A DNA stretch of 32,000 bases from Aliivibrio fischeri ES114. Its GTDB lineage: Bacteria > Pseudomonadota > Gammaproteobacteria > Enterobacterales > Vibrionaceae. Shown one piece after another: positions 1-8,770 of this stretch (position 1 is its first letter; each line of letters begins with the position of its first letter). The notes under the pieces are model-generated. The model was not told the origin of the DNA, did not search any database, and saw nothing but the letters and a program-made list of their open reading frames with translations. The DNA lies in NCBI RefSeq assembly GCF_000011805.1, contig NC_006841.2. One strand, written 5' to 3'. The position numbers and the translations under genes are program-made.

Positions 1-212
1 CTAACGCCATCGGGGCTTATGCGAGTGTATATGCCTTAACTAATGGTAACTACAACGTAATTACTGTACGTATCGCTAGCCTTGTTTCTGGTGATTTATT
101 CCTAGAACCAAATTTAGCGGCCGCTATCTCCGTTATATTAATGGCCATTCTGGCTTTTATTACCACAGTTAATCAGTGGCTTATAGCTAGGAGTTATCAT
201 GCAAAACGCTAA
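1..212 (+). CDS. ABC transporter permease, C-terminal fragment (5' end lies outside the window)
   Basis: Frame 3 is open from the window edge to TAA at 210-212. The translation (...NAIGAYASVYALTNGNYNVITVRIASLVSGDLFLEPNLAAAISVILMAILAFITTVNQWLIARSYHAKR) is a hydrophobic permease-like tail. It overlaps the next permease start (199) by 14 nt, as in paired permease genes. It is absent from the ORF track because it has no start in the window. Confidence 0.65.
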   Translation, partial: NAIGAYASVYALTNGNYNVITVRIASLVSGDLFLEPNLAAAISVILMAILAFITTVNQWLIARSYHAKR

Positions 213-984
213 TACCGCATTTCATAAATTGGTGGTTTACTCTATTGTCGGATTAATGATGATCCCCATCATCGCTACTTTTATTTATTCGATTTCATCT
301 CGTTGGGGAGCCACCATTTTACCCGATGGATTTTCTCTACAATGGTATGGTCAACTCTTAACCGATGAGCGATTTTTAGCCGCTTTTGGACGCTCATTAT
401 TTATTGGTATTTCTGCATTAACGCTGAGTGTTGTCTTAATTATCCCAGCTATTTTTGTTGTGTTTTATTACTTTCCAAAACTCGACAAAGTAATGAATAT
501 TCTGATCTTATTGCCTTTTGCAGTACCACCAGTGGTCTCCTCTGTTGGGTTATTGCAAATCTATGCAGATAGCAGTATTCCTTTGGTTGGGACTCCTTGG
601 ATATTAATTGGAACCTACTTTACCATTGCACTTCCATTTATGTACCGCGCTATCGCAAATAGCTTTGAATCCATTAATTTACAAGATCTTATGGATGCTG
701 CTCATTTATTAGGGGCCAGTACAACAAGAGCATTTCTCTTGATCATTCTTCCGAATTTACGTAAAGGTTTAATGGCCTCACTTTTTCTCTCTTTCTCTTT
801 TTTACTAGGTGAATTTGTCTTCGCTAATATCTTGGTTGGCACACGCTATGAAACCTTACAAATCTATCTCTACAATATGCGTCAAACCAGCGGACACTTC
901 ACGTCTGCATTAGTGATGACCTACTTCTTGTTTATCTTTTTACTGACTTGGTTAGCAAGTCGCTTTAACCGAGGTATTAAATAA
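199..984 (+). CDS. ABC transporter permease subunit (binding-protein-dependent, PotC/CysW-like)
   Basis: 261 aa with about 6 hydrophobic TM segments. An EAA-loop-like segment (DLMDAAHLLGASTTRAFLLIILPNLRKG) is typical of MetI-type importer permeases. Its stop overlaps the ATPase start (TAATG at 982-986). Confidence 0.85.
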   Translation: MQNANTAFHKLVVYSIVGLMMIPIIATFIYSISSRWGATILPDGFSLQWYGQLLTDERFLAAFGRSLFIGISALTLSVVLIIPAIFVVFYYFPKLDKVMNILILLPFAVPPVVSSVGLLQIYADSSIPLVGTPWILIGTYFTIALPFMYRAIANSFESINLQDLMDAAHLLGASTTRAFLLIILPNLRKGLMASLFLSFSFLLGEFVFANILVGTRYETLQIYLYNMRQTSGHFTSALVMTYFLFIFLLTWLASRFNRGIK

Positions 985-2003
985 TGAGCTATGTAAACGT
1001 AAACCAATTAACAAAACGTTTTGGTGACAATACGGTTTTTGAAAACGTAAATTTTAATATAGAAAAAGGCGAGTTTATTACTTTGCTAGGTCCAAGCGGA
1101 TGCGGTAAATCAACCCTACTTCGTAGCTTAACAGGGTTAGATCCTATCAATAATGGGGAAATTTGGGTTAATGGCGAAAACATAACAGAACAAACACCAC
1201 AGCAACGTGGTATTGGCATGGTATTTCAATCTTATGCGCTTTTTCCAAATATGACCGTGAAAGAAAACATCGCTTTTGGTTTAAAAATGAAAAAGATAGA
1301 CGTAAATACGATTGAAAAAGAAGTCTGTAAAGTTATTGAATTAGTTGATTTAAACGGTAAAGAAGATCGCTACCCTCATCAACTTTCAGGTGGGCAACGT
1401 CAACGAGTAGCACTCGCTAGGGCTCTGGTTGTAAAACCGAGGATCTTATTACTTGATGAGCCTTTATCTGCACTTGATGCCAAAATAAGAAAGCGTCTCC
1501 GTCAACAAATCCGCGATATTCAAAAAGAACTAAACTTAACAACGATCTTTGTTACTCATGATCAAGAAGAAGCCATGATCATGTCAGATCGCATCTTCTT
1601 AATGAATCAAGGTGAAATTGTTCAGCAAGGATCACCCGAAGAGATCTATACTCAACCTGCAAACGAATTTGTGGCAAGCTTCATGGGACATTACAATTTG
1701 GTTGATGCTCCAAAAGCCAAACAGTTATTTGATATTGAAACCGAGTGGAAAGTCGCTATACGCCCTGAATCGATTTATGTAAAAGAAGAAGGCAGGCACT
1801 ATGCTAAACATATTTCTCTACCAAAACAAGGGATTATCAAAAATCATCAACTGCTTGGTAATGTCATTCGCTACCAAGTAGATGTTAATGACTGCGACTT
1901 AACCGTTGATTTACTCAATCGTTCGTCAGAAAGATTATTAGCAGCGGGAAGCAAACTAGAGTTACTTTTTAATCTTAACGAAATTCAGCCAGTGAGAGCC
2001 TAA
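984..2003 (+). CDS. ABC transporter ATP-binding protein (PotA/FbpC/MalK-like importer ATPase)
   Basis: Walker A GPSGCGKST, ABC signature LSGGQRQRVALARAL, Walker B LLLDEPLSALD, H-loop FVTHDQ. A C-terminal regulatory/TOBE-like extension is present. Substrate cannot be assigned from sequence. Confidence 0.92.
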   Translation: MSYVNVNQLTKRFGDNTVFENVNFNIEKGEFITLLGPSGCGKSTLLRSLTGLDPINNGEIWVNGENITEQTPQQRGIGMVFQSYALFPNMTVKENIAFGLKMKKIDVNTIEKEVCKVIELVDLNGKEDRYPHQLSGGQRQRVALARALVVKPRILLLDEPLSALDAKIRKRLRQQIRDIQKELNLTTIFVTHDQEEAMIMSDRIFLMNQGEIVQQGSPEEIYTQPANEFVASFMGHYNLVDAPKAKQLFDIETEWKVAIRPESIYVKEEGRHYAKHISLPKQGIIKNHQLLGNVIRYQVDVNDCDLTVDLLNRSSERLLAAGSKLELLFNLNEIQPVRA

Positions 2004-2005
2004 AC

Positions 2006-2671
2006 ATGACACACCCACTTTATATATTTGATCTTGATGAGACCTTGATTAATGGTGATTGTGCCATGATTTGGAATGAGTTTTTAGTTGATAAAGGCAT
2101 CGTCACAACACCTGATTTTTTAGAAGAAGACAAGCGCTTAATGACGCTGTATTCACGAGGCTTAATGGACATGGAAGATTATCTTATCTTTGCTATGTCC
2201 CCACTAAAAAATATACCAACAGATCAAGTAGAAATACTCATAGAAGAGTGTGTTAATGAGCGCATACTTCCTCTGTTATTCCCAGAAGCAAAAATACTCA
2301 TTCACCAACTAAAAGCCGATAATGTAGATATGATTGTTATTTCAGCTTCTGTTAGTTTTCTAGTAAAAATCGTAGCCAAGAACATAGGTATAAAACATGC
2401 AATTGGAATTGATTTAAAAGAAAAAAATGGCTGTTATACAAGGCACATACTTGGTGTTCCAAGTTACAGAGAAGGCAAAGTATCTCGACTAACAGAATGG
2501 TTAAATGGAGGAGATAAAACCTATTCTGCTCTTCATTTTTATACTGATTCAATCAACGATTTACCATTATGCTTGTACGCGGATCATACGTACTTGGTAA
2601 ATCCTTGTGAACAATTAGCGGTATATTCAAAAAAGAAAAATTGGCCGATACTTGCTTGGGGAAGCCAATAA
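2006..2671 (+). CDS. HAD-IB family hydrolase (SerB-like phosphatase)
   Basis: N-terminal DxDxT motif (IFDLDETLING), a later ISAS motif, and a C-terminal YTDSINDLP (acidic motif IV). It starts 3 nt after the ATPase stop, so it is probably co-transcribed. Confidence 0.8.
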   Translation: MTHPLYIFDLDETLINGDCAMIWNEFLVDKGIVTTPDFLEEDKRLMTLYSRGLMDMEDYLIFAMSPLKNIPTDQVEILIEECVNERILPLLFPEAKILIHQLKADNVDMIVISASVSFLVKIVAKNIGIKHAIGIDLKEKNGCYTRHILGVPSYREGKVSRLTEWLNGGDKTYSALHFYTDSINDLPLCLYADHTYLVNPCEQLAVYSKKKNWPILAWGSQ

Positions 2672-2705
2672 ATCAGAAATTACCCTTAAATTTCGTGATA
2701 ACTAA

Positions 2706-2915
2706 TTAAAACGAAACAATAAAATTACCAATAGTTTGATTGTGACTATTGGTAATACTGCCTTCACCCGTCTCTTCACAGTATGAGAAATCGACATCAA
2801 GTGAATCAAGTTGTCCTTTCATTAAAAGATTACGCAATAATACATCGCTGTTTAGTTGATGAATTAACGCATCCCATGACATATTGTTTTTAAAAATTGT
2901 GAAATTTACTTTCAT
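2706..2915 (-). CDS. hypothetical small protein (69 aa if started at the SD-preceded ATG 2915; the ORF track extends to 2960)
   Basis: The internal ATG at 2915 is preceded by caAAGGtatttaATG, a good SD and spacing. The sequence has no motif I recognise. Its 3' end is encoded by a 12-bp hairpin (2724-2756), so it could also be non-coding. Confidence 0.35.
   Translation of the reverse strand: MKVNFTIFKNNMSWDALIHQLNSDVLLRNLLMKGQLDSLDVDFSYCEETGEGSITNSHNQTIGNFIVSF
2711..2756 (-). terminator. putative intrinsic terminator (12-bp perfect stem plus T-rich tail on the minus strand)
   Basis: ATTACCAATAGT (2724-2735) and ACTATTGGTAAT (2745-2756) flank a 9-nt loop. On the minus strand the stem is followed by TTTTATTGTTTCG. 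Confidence 0.4.
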
Positions 2916-3191
2916 TAAATACCTTTGTTTTTTGATAGTTACTTTAAATTTATTTATCAATTAGTTAGCTAAATAAAATTCAATTAAAATAGTGTAATTT
3001 TAGTATGTTACAGAATAATGATGGATTAAAACTAATGAAGTAGATGTTACTGAGAGATTTATGGCAAGTACGAAACAGGAGCAGATGTTTGAAATGTTGC
3101 AATCTTACAAGTAGAGCTAATTTAATTATTAATAATGCATTGTTAAAGTAGCGTAAATGATGCAAGCACCACTCACGCAACTTATTTGAAA

Positions 3192-3401
3192 TTAAAGCGC
3201 TACAACGTTAGCAGCTTGAGGGCCTTTTTGGCCTTGCTCAACTTCAAAAGAAACTTTTTGGCCTTCAGCAAGAGTTTTGAAACCTTCTGAAGCGATAGCA
3301 CGGAAATGTACGAATACGTCAGCGCCGCCGTTATCTTGAGTGATGAAACCAAAACCTTTTTCTTCGTTAAACCATTTAACGATACCAGTTGTTTTAGACA
3401 T
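3192..3401 (-). CDS. cspA: cold-shock protein, CspA family (single CSD)
   Basis: 69 aa, [36 protein letters not shown]..., with RNP1 (KGFGFI) and RNP2 (VFVHF) motifs. The SD is aaGAAGGGacataatATG. The cspA symbol denotes the family only; the exact paralog is not determinable. Confidence 0.95.
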
Positions 3402-3583
3402 ATTATGTCCCTTCTTAGTAAGAATTCATAAAAATCGCATTATGCGATGTGCTTGAGCTTGAATTATTAAATGTGGCGATAAAGCTAAGGGAGACACTGA
3501 GGATAACAACACTTACGAAGAAATTCTGAGGGCTTACTTTTACTTGATGTTCACTAACAACTCTGAGCAACAGAGCGAGAACA

Positions 3584-3611
3584 ATAGTACTCGATTACTG
3601 ATCGTTGTAAA
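3584..3611 (-). promoter_or_regulatory. putative sigma70 promoter of the csp gene (-35 TTTACA, 16-nt spacer, -10 TACTAT) with an upstream A/T-rich UP-like tract
   Basis: Read on the minus strand: TTTACA (3611-3606) and TACTAT (3589-3584). It is preceded by ttttttaaaataaattaaaaaag. It implies a leader of about 175 nt, as in cspA-type genes. Confidence 0.35.
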
Positions 3612-3687
3612 GACTTTTTTAATTTATTTTAAAAAACTGTAAAAATGTTCTGTTATATAAACATCCATATTTCGTTCACATACAAAC

Positions 3688-3720
3688 ACAAAAAAACCGC
3701 CATAACAATGACGGTTTTAT
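3688..3720 (-). terminator. rho-independent terminator ending the 13-kb minus-strand cluster
   Basis: Minus strand reads AAAACCGUCAU-UGUU-AUGGCGGUUUUUUUG. The stem is about 9-11 bp with one mismatch, followed by a 7-U run. It lies 31 nt downstream of the stop at 3751. Confidence 0.75.
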
Positions 3721-3750
3721 CTTTATAATCAATAACTTTAAAGTGAAATA

Positions 3751-4653
3751 TTAAATTGCTTGTTCATTCATATTAAATGTAAATTGTACATCTTGGTTTG
3801 AATATTCAGGTAGCGACATTTTAATTACCGGAATAGCAATACCTGTCGTATTGTAGAAATCTTTCTGATAACTTTGAGCTTCACCTAACCCAGAGCCATA
3901 TACATAGAAGAATGCTTGAATAGGTAAAACATTACCAATATTTTGATCCCAAAGGCCAAGTCTTAACTCATTTTGAGTACCAAACGATTCACTAGAAATC
4001 TTAGCCATTGATTTGATACCTTCAGCAAAATTTTTCGTTGTATCAGACGAAGCTCCTTCTCTTAGATTAAATGAACATTGGTGATGGTGGTTAGCATTAC
4101 CTTGATAATAATGATTGCTCCAAGCACCTGCTGTATAAATATTTTGAGCATCACAAGACTGACTTCCAGAATATCCTGGTGTTTTTCCACAACCATTACT
4201 ATCACGTTCATTTGTCGCTGCATCAATAGGGAAGAAACATAAATAATCTAAGTCAATTTTTCCAGGAGCAAAATCGCCTCTAAAAATTTGATAAATGATA
4301 TATCCACTCTTATAACCATAAGCTAATTTCGAATATTTAGAATCTTTACGAAGGTAAGAGAAGGAAACTCCACCACTTTTTATGGCATTTGGACTTGGAT
4401 TCCAAACGTGGTAATTACCCGGCTTATTACCTCGAAAGGTTATTCCTGAACACAAAAACGCAGGAGAACCATGACAATCTTGCGAAGTATCATTGTAATC
4501 ACTTCTTAAGGCCTGCACCAATGAATCACCTTGTTGTTGTGTAATAATGCTATTACTACGACTTACTGCAGCATCATCATTTGCCAACACAGACAAGCTA
4601 AGGGGTAGAACAAACCAACTGATCAATTTTATAAATTTCATAATATATTCCAT
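3751..4653 (-). CDS. secreted ~300-aa protein, paralog of 17564-18442; tentatively halovibrin-like (HvnA/HvnB-type secreted NAD+ glycohydrolase/ADP-ribosyltransferase). The family call is unverified.
   Basis: Signal peptide MKFIKLISWFVLPLSLSVLA (the likelier start is ATG 4641, preceded by GGA). It aligns end to end with the 292-aa protein at 17564. Shared blocks are SP(A/S)FLC(S/T)GI, HVWNP, (V/I)SFSYLR.DSKYS.LAY, SGYI.YQIF, HQCSF, LPIQAFFY, TTGIAIPVIK and a C-terminal EQAI. The halovibrin idea rests on size, secretion, paralog number and my recollection of Vibrio fischeri hvn genes, not on a sequence comparison. Confidence 0.85.
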   Translation of the reverse strand: MEYIMKFIKLISWFVLPLSLSVLANDDAAVSRSNSIITQQQGDSLVQALRSDYNDTSQDCHGSPAFLCSGITFRGNKPGNYHVWNPSPNAIKSGGVSFSYLRKDSKYSKLAYGYKSGYIIYQIFRGDFAPGKIDLDYLCFFPIDAATNERDSNGCGKTPGYSGSQSCDAQNIYTAGAWSNHYYQGNANHHHQCSFNLREGASSDTTKNFAEGIKSMAKISSESFGTQNELRLGLWDQNIGNVLPIQAFFYVYGSGLGEAQSYQKDFYNTTGIAIPVIKMSLPEYSNQDVQFTFNMNEQAI

Positions 4654-4668
4654 ATATTTAAGTTTTAA

Positions 4669-6858
4669 TTAATACACATCACTGCGATCAATACACGTTA
4701 CGTAATCGGTGTACGTGTCATAACCGTCATCGCTATTACCATTACTCAAATCAAGCCAGAAATGAGCATCGGGATCAGAACCTGATCCTGATACGGTAGA
4801 CGACCAGTAATATGTATTGGTTGGCCATTGATATTTCCCCATATCACCATATTCATTCTGCAATGTTTTTAAGTCCCATATCGTTGGTAACGTCCATGAC
4901 GAGCTGCCACCAATACGTAAACCTTCACAAAATTGCTTTGCTGTGTCTGGATGATATTTAGGATATTTATAGCCGTTTTCATTGTTGTACCCATCATAAT
5001 TATGATAAGAACCAACCTGATCTAATTGCTCAACATTGACTGGGCAAGAAACTTTAGCGCCGCTTGATAACGTCACCATTCCACCATCGTTTGAGCAAGT
5101 AGGTGTATATTTATCATCATCTTCAGTGATAGCTAATGACGTTATACAACTTTGATTTCCTTCAATTTGCCCTGTACTTTTAGGAACAACACAGAACTCA
5201 ATGTGCTGGCCAACAAGAGAGGCATCATTTTTTAAATTGAAAGTAGAAGAGAAATGCTCTGTTCCTTTGTCTCGATATAATTCTTCGTGAGTTTCCACCA
5301 CAGTCCACGTGCGCAAACTGTTTTTTTCTTCTGCACCAGAATCAGCAGCAACATAAAGATAATCACCTTTTAATTTCTCGCCTATAACTGGAACATCAGG
5401 AGTTATTCGTAACGATGACACCGAAGGTAAACTCTCTTCCCCTGTCTTCCATGTCGTTATTTCATCACCACAACTAGGGTGATATGCAAGAAAATAAGAT
5501 ACGCTGTTATCAGGAGCTTGCGTGGAGTACAAATCAATAGGTATGCCATCGCAAGTCAACGTAATATCATCAACATTAGCTCCATTAGCCCAACTGTTTA
5601 AAATATTACTTCCTGCCCCCAAGCCTTGGTGGTTTACAGCAGCAAATGCATTACCACTAGCAATGGTTTCACTAGCAGGAGCAACAAATGCATTTAAAGC
5701 ATCAGGTGACAGTTCTGCACTTTGTAACGCATCAATATAATTCCCGTCACTATCAAGAACCAAAGCACCTTCATTAGATGTTCTCGTCACTAAACGGGTA
5801 TTTTCTCCATACGTTTTTTTAGTATGTAAATTGCCCCATTGCGCCAGTTTTCCGGTTGATACATCCGTAGCAATAAAGCTGCATCGAGTCGCACTTAACT
5901 GAGGACTTTTCATATTTGATAAGAAATCAGAAGTTGATGAATTTATCTTTCCTCCACAAGCATCATCCCCCCACGCATAAATAGTTGAATTAGAGATAAC
6001 CGCAAAGGCTTTTTCTGTTGCTTGTATGCTCGAACTTCCAGAACTATTTAAAATCGAGGAAATATCACTAGGAATAGTGCCCGACTCTGAATTATCTCCC
6101 CCCCATGCAACGTATTTATTACTCTGTGTTTTAACTAGAAACGCATCTTTCGTAGCATAAATAGACTGTACAACTTCATTTTTTAAAGCCTTTTTAGCCT
6201 CTTTAGATATGGTTCCCCCAGCGGCACCATCACCCCACGCTTTAATCTTTCCTGATTCTAAAAGCGCAACCCAAGCGATAGACTCTCCAATAGTACCTCC
6301 AGAGTGATAAATTGAGCGTATAATGTCGGAAGAAGTAATTGCATCAATAGAGCTCTCAGTTCCTGTCGACGGAGTATATTCAATAAGTGAACCATCGGTT
6401 TTCACTATCATGAATGATTCTGTTCCTGGGTAAACTGACTGGATATTTTCAATCGATTTTTCTTCACCGCGAGTAACACCATTTCCCCAAGCGACCCCAT
6501 TTTTGGAGGTTGGGTTTACAGCGAGAAAGGCACTACCAGATGCATACATTTGGCTAGGTTTAATAAACGTTAATAATTCATCTAATGTACTTCCTGCTTC
6601 TATTTCCCCCCCAAACTGCGGATTACCAAATGCCATCACATTTTGATATTCACCCTTATCTTGTATGATAAAAGCACCTGCAGCGAGATTAATCCCAGCA
6701 GTACCTGGTAATGGTTCACTATTATTAAAGCGATAATTATTTGTTTGATTAAACCAACTGTTATTCGCTTCGCTTTGAGGGATTAACATTGGTTGTGCAG
6801 CCATCACTACTGGACTTAATACATTAGCCAATAGAAGTGCGATAATAGACTTTTTCAT
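4669..6858 (-). CDS. secreted multidomain protein: RCC1-like beta-propeller repeats, an Ig-like module and a C-terminal DUF1566/Lcl-C-like (C-type-lectin-fold) domain
   Basis: The likely start is ATG 6858 (caAAGGAataATG, signal peptide MKKSIIALLLANVLSPVVMA). The ORF-track start at 6903 would overlap the upstream gene. There are about 8-9 repeats of AF[LA]V...G.[VI].AWG....GG.I. A module follows with W..V...G..I.FCVVPKS.TG..G...C. The C-terminus reads FCEGL..GG.SSWTLPTIWDLKTL...YQWPTNTYYWSST...HFWLDLSNG...YVTCI, which matches my memory of the DUF1566 consensus (W.LP...EL..L...YWSS...aw.v....G...yv.Cv). Confidence 0.85.
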   Translation of the reverse strand: MKKSIIALLLANVLSPVVMAAQPMLIPQSEANNSWFNQTNNYRFNNSEPLPGTAGINLAAGAFIIQDKGEYQNVMAFGNPQFGGEIEAGSTLDELLTFIKPSQMYASGSAFLAVNPTSKNGVAWGNGVTRGEEKSIENIQSVYPGTESFMIVKTDGSLIEYTPSTGTESSIDAITSSDIIRSIYHSGGTIGESIAWVALLESGKIKAWGDGAAGGTISKEAKKALKNEVVQSIYATKDAFLVKTQSNKYVAWGGDNSESGTIPSDISSILNSSGSSSIQATEKAFAVISNSTIYAWGDDACGGKINSSTSDFLSNMKSPQLSATRCSFIATDVSTGKLAQWGNLHTKKTYGENTRLVTRTSNEGALVLDSDGNYIDALQSAELSPDALNAFVAPASETIASGNAFAAVNHQGLGAGSNILNSWANGANVDDITLTCDGIPIDLYSTQAPDNSVSYFLAYHPSCGDEITTWKTGEESLPSVSSLRITPDVPVIGEKLKGDYLYVAADSGAEEKNSLRTWTVVETHEELYRDKGTEHFSSTFNLKNDASLVGQHIEFCVVPKSTGQIEGNQSCITSLAITEDDDKYTPTCSNDGGMVTLSSGAKVSCPVNVEQLDQVGSYHNYDGYNNENGYKYPKYHPDTAKQFCEGLRIGGSSSWTLPTIWDLKTLQNEYGDMGKYQWPTNTYYWSSTVSGSGSDPDAHFWLDLSNGNSDDGYDTYTDYVTCIDRSDVY

Positions 6859-6883
6859 TATTATTCCTTTGTTATTATTTTTA

Positions 6884-8725
6884 TTACTCATTGAACACAC
6901 CATCAGGAACAGAATTGCCCCACATCACGACAGCATTGCCCCCCCTAACATAAAACCCCCCTGCAGTTTCCTCCTCGAACTCAGAAAACGTATTAAAACT
7001 ACCAATTTGAGAAATATCAGAAAGATCATTAATAGCGCTACGTAAATTCAAACTAGAATCATCAGAAGAAAGACACTGATGCCCATCAGGAATACAACCT
7101 CCTTGGTTTAGCCCTCCCCACGCATAAACATCATCCATCGCCTTCATCAAAAAAGCGTGATTGTTGCCAATGACATTAGCTATTGAGAAAGTAGGTATGT
7201 TGCTAGGTAAGGTTCCGCCATATTTCTTATCTCCCCACACAAAAAGATGTGAGCTGTCGTATAAAGCAATGGCTTTTTCTGTTGATGCACAATGAAAATC
7301 ATCGGTAATCGTTGTTGCATCTAACTCTGTTTGAATATTTGATGGGATATAACCAGCACCGTAATCATTTCCCCATGCAGCAACCCCTTTATTGCCATCA
7401 GAAATAGCAACAAACGATGCATCAGAAGCACATAAACGGGTAATAGGGTTTGTATTAGTAAAGTCCGTAGCCGCAGAACTTAGTAACCCACCATAATATG
7501 AATCACCCCATGCTTTTACCTTCCCTGATGTGGTGATCCCAGCAAAGGCATAACGAGTCGCGTACACCGTTTGGATATTTTGGTGCTGCTCAAATGGACT
7601 ATGTCCCCATGAATAAGCATTTCCATCATTATCGAGTACAGTAAAACTGTCTTGAGACGTGACAATATCTTTAATTGATAAAGCGGATTTCATTTCATCA
7701 GGTAATGTGCCGCCATATATGGACTGCCCCCATGCAACAAGCTTTTGTTTACCACTTGGCATATCAAACACAGCTAAAAATGCTTGAGCGGTATGATAAA
7801 TTGCCTTTGGTAAACCATCTTTGCTTAACAACTTATCAATACGTTTTTGTGCTTCACTTGATATTGCTCCACCACGAACCATATCCCCAGCCGTATTTAT
7901 TCCACCATCTTTTAAAATGGCAGCCATAGCATAAGGCGCTGGAAAAATTTCTTCGACTTGATTTATATAAGATGGCGTCGTATCAAACTGCCCCCAAATA
8001 ATGGCATCATCTGACTCACTTTTAATCGCAAAGCCATCAAGCATAGAATACACTTCTTTCGCTTTAGGTAAGTTAGGGGCATTAGTCACTTCAGAGCCAT
8101 AACCAATTAATGAAGCATCGCCCTCAGAGCTAAGAGATAACGCCGCAGAATTACTTGTTACAAAGGAAACATCATCTTTTGCATCCGTGATTGGTGCATT
8201 GTATAAACTGAAGTTTTTAGTTTGATTTAAATAACTGAATAACGCATTTTTATTATCAATATCTCCATTAGTAATTAATTCACTTCTGCATTCATTTTCT
8301 GATGGAGCATAACTTCCAGGCAGATAAGTTACTTTAATACAGTAGCGTAAATATTTATTATTTGTATCTTTTGGTACATTAATTGGAATTTCAGGAAACC
8401 CATCACCAGATATATTCCCGCAAGTTAATAATCCATCTAATTCACATTCCTCCTTATTATTATTGATAATACTTTTTAACGTATCGTCCGTTATTTCACA
8501 CTCAGATGAATCATCATTTAAAATACAAGCACTGTATAATACCTTTATATCTGAGTCTGGTGTGGTTTTATAATTTATATTTGTTATTTCATTTTCTTTT
8601 GGTGGTGAAGATAAATGAAGCTGATCAATAGAAACCCTTGGTAGCTTTGGAACAATAGCATTAGCCATATTCCAGCTACTGGATAGAATGGTAATAGTCA
8701 TCCCTACCCAATATTTATATTTCAT
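6884..8725 (-). CDS. secreted protein: N-terminal Cys-rich module plus RCC1-like beta-propeller repeats (paralog of the 4669-6858 propeller)
   Basis: Signal peptide MKYKYWVGMTITILSSSWNMANA. About 8-9 repeats, e.g. AFLAVFD..GKQKLVAWGQSIYGGTLP, AFAGITTSGKVKAWGDSYYGGLL, SFVAISDGNKGVAAWGNDYGAGYIP, AIALYDSSHLFVWGDKKYGGTLP, AFLMKAMDDVYAWGGLNQGGCIP. Confidence 0.85.
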   Translation of the reverse strand: MKYKYWVGMTITILSSSWNMANAIVPKLPRVSIDQLHLSSPPKENEITNINYKTTPDSDIKVLYSACILNDDSSECEITDDTLKSIINNNKEECELDGLLTCGNISGDGFPEIPINVPKDTNNKYLRYCIKVTYLPGSYAPSENECRSELITNGDIDNKNALFSYLNQTKNFSLYNAPITDAKDDVSFVTSNSAALSLSSEGDASLIGYGSEVTNAPNLPKAKEVYSMLDGFAIKSESDDAIIWGQFDTTPSYINQVEEIFPAPYAMAAILKDGGINTAGDMVRGGAISSEAQKRIDKLLSKDGLPKAIYHTAQAFLAVFDMPSGKQKLVAWGQSIYGGTLPDEMKSALSIKDIVTSQDSFTVLDNDGNAYSWGHSPFEQHQNIQTVYATRYAFAGITTSGKVKAWGDSYYGGLLSSAATDFTNTNPITRLCASDASFVAISDGNKGVAAWGNDYGAGYIPSNIQTELDATTITDDFHCASTEKAIALYDSSHLFVWGDKKYGGTLPSNIPTFSIANVIGNNHAFLMKAMDDVYAWGGLNQGGCIPDGHQCLSSDDSSLNLRSAINDLSDISQIGSFNTFSEFEEETAGGFYVRGGNAVVMWGNSVPDGVFNE

Positions 8726-8746
8726 TATATTTATTCCGAACAGATA

Positions 8747-8770
8747 AAAGCCTCTAATAAAAGAGGCTTT
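8747..8770 (-). terminator. intra-cluster hairpin (9-bp perfect stem, 6-nt loop); weak terminator/attenuator or mRNA-processing/stability element
   Basis: AAAGCCTCT (8747-8755) pairs with AGAGGCTTT (8762-8770). On the minus strand it is followed by UAUCUGUUCGG, which is only modestly U-rich. It lies in the 66-nt gap between the 400-aa and 613-aa genes. Confidence 0.4.

Noticed and set aside
989-1219. Antisense or out-of-frame ORFs nested in larger genes: 989-1219, 2352-2552, 5522-5740, 7675-7929, 9285-9491, 10766-11038, 10825-11052, 11261-11551, 11340-11570, 11554-11745, 12295-12513, 15625-15816, 16182-16385, 17706-17933, 17847-18086, 19150-19335, 19621-19944, 20918-21124, 20929-21114, 22214-22498, 22461-22694, 25275-25538, 26217-26399, 26566-26790, 27001-27213, 30217-30492.
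   Set aside because: They lie entirely within well-supported genes with recognisable domains. They have low-complexity or odd composition, no SD, and no recognisable motifs. These are typical shadow ORFs.
2980-3180. A 66-aa ORF between the small ORF and the csp gene.
   Set aside because: It is Leu/Phe/His-rich with an implausible composition and no SD. It sits in the region immediately downstream of the csp stop codon and upstream of the small ORF. It is most likely non-coding.
6859-6903. N-terminal extensions in the ORF track: 744-aa start at 6903, 637-aa start at 12047, 553-aa start at 20525, 306-aa start at 23232.
   Set aside because: Each extension overlaps the upstream gene or lacks an SD. 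In each case an internal ATG with an SD begins a canonical signal peptide or lipobox (6858, 12011, 20468, 23151).
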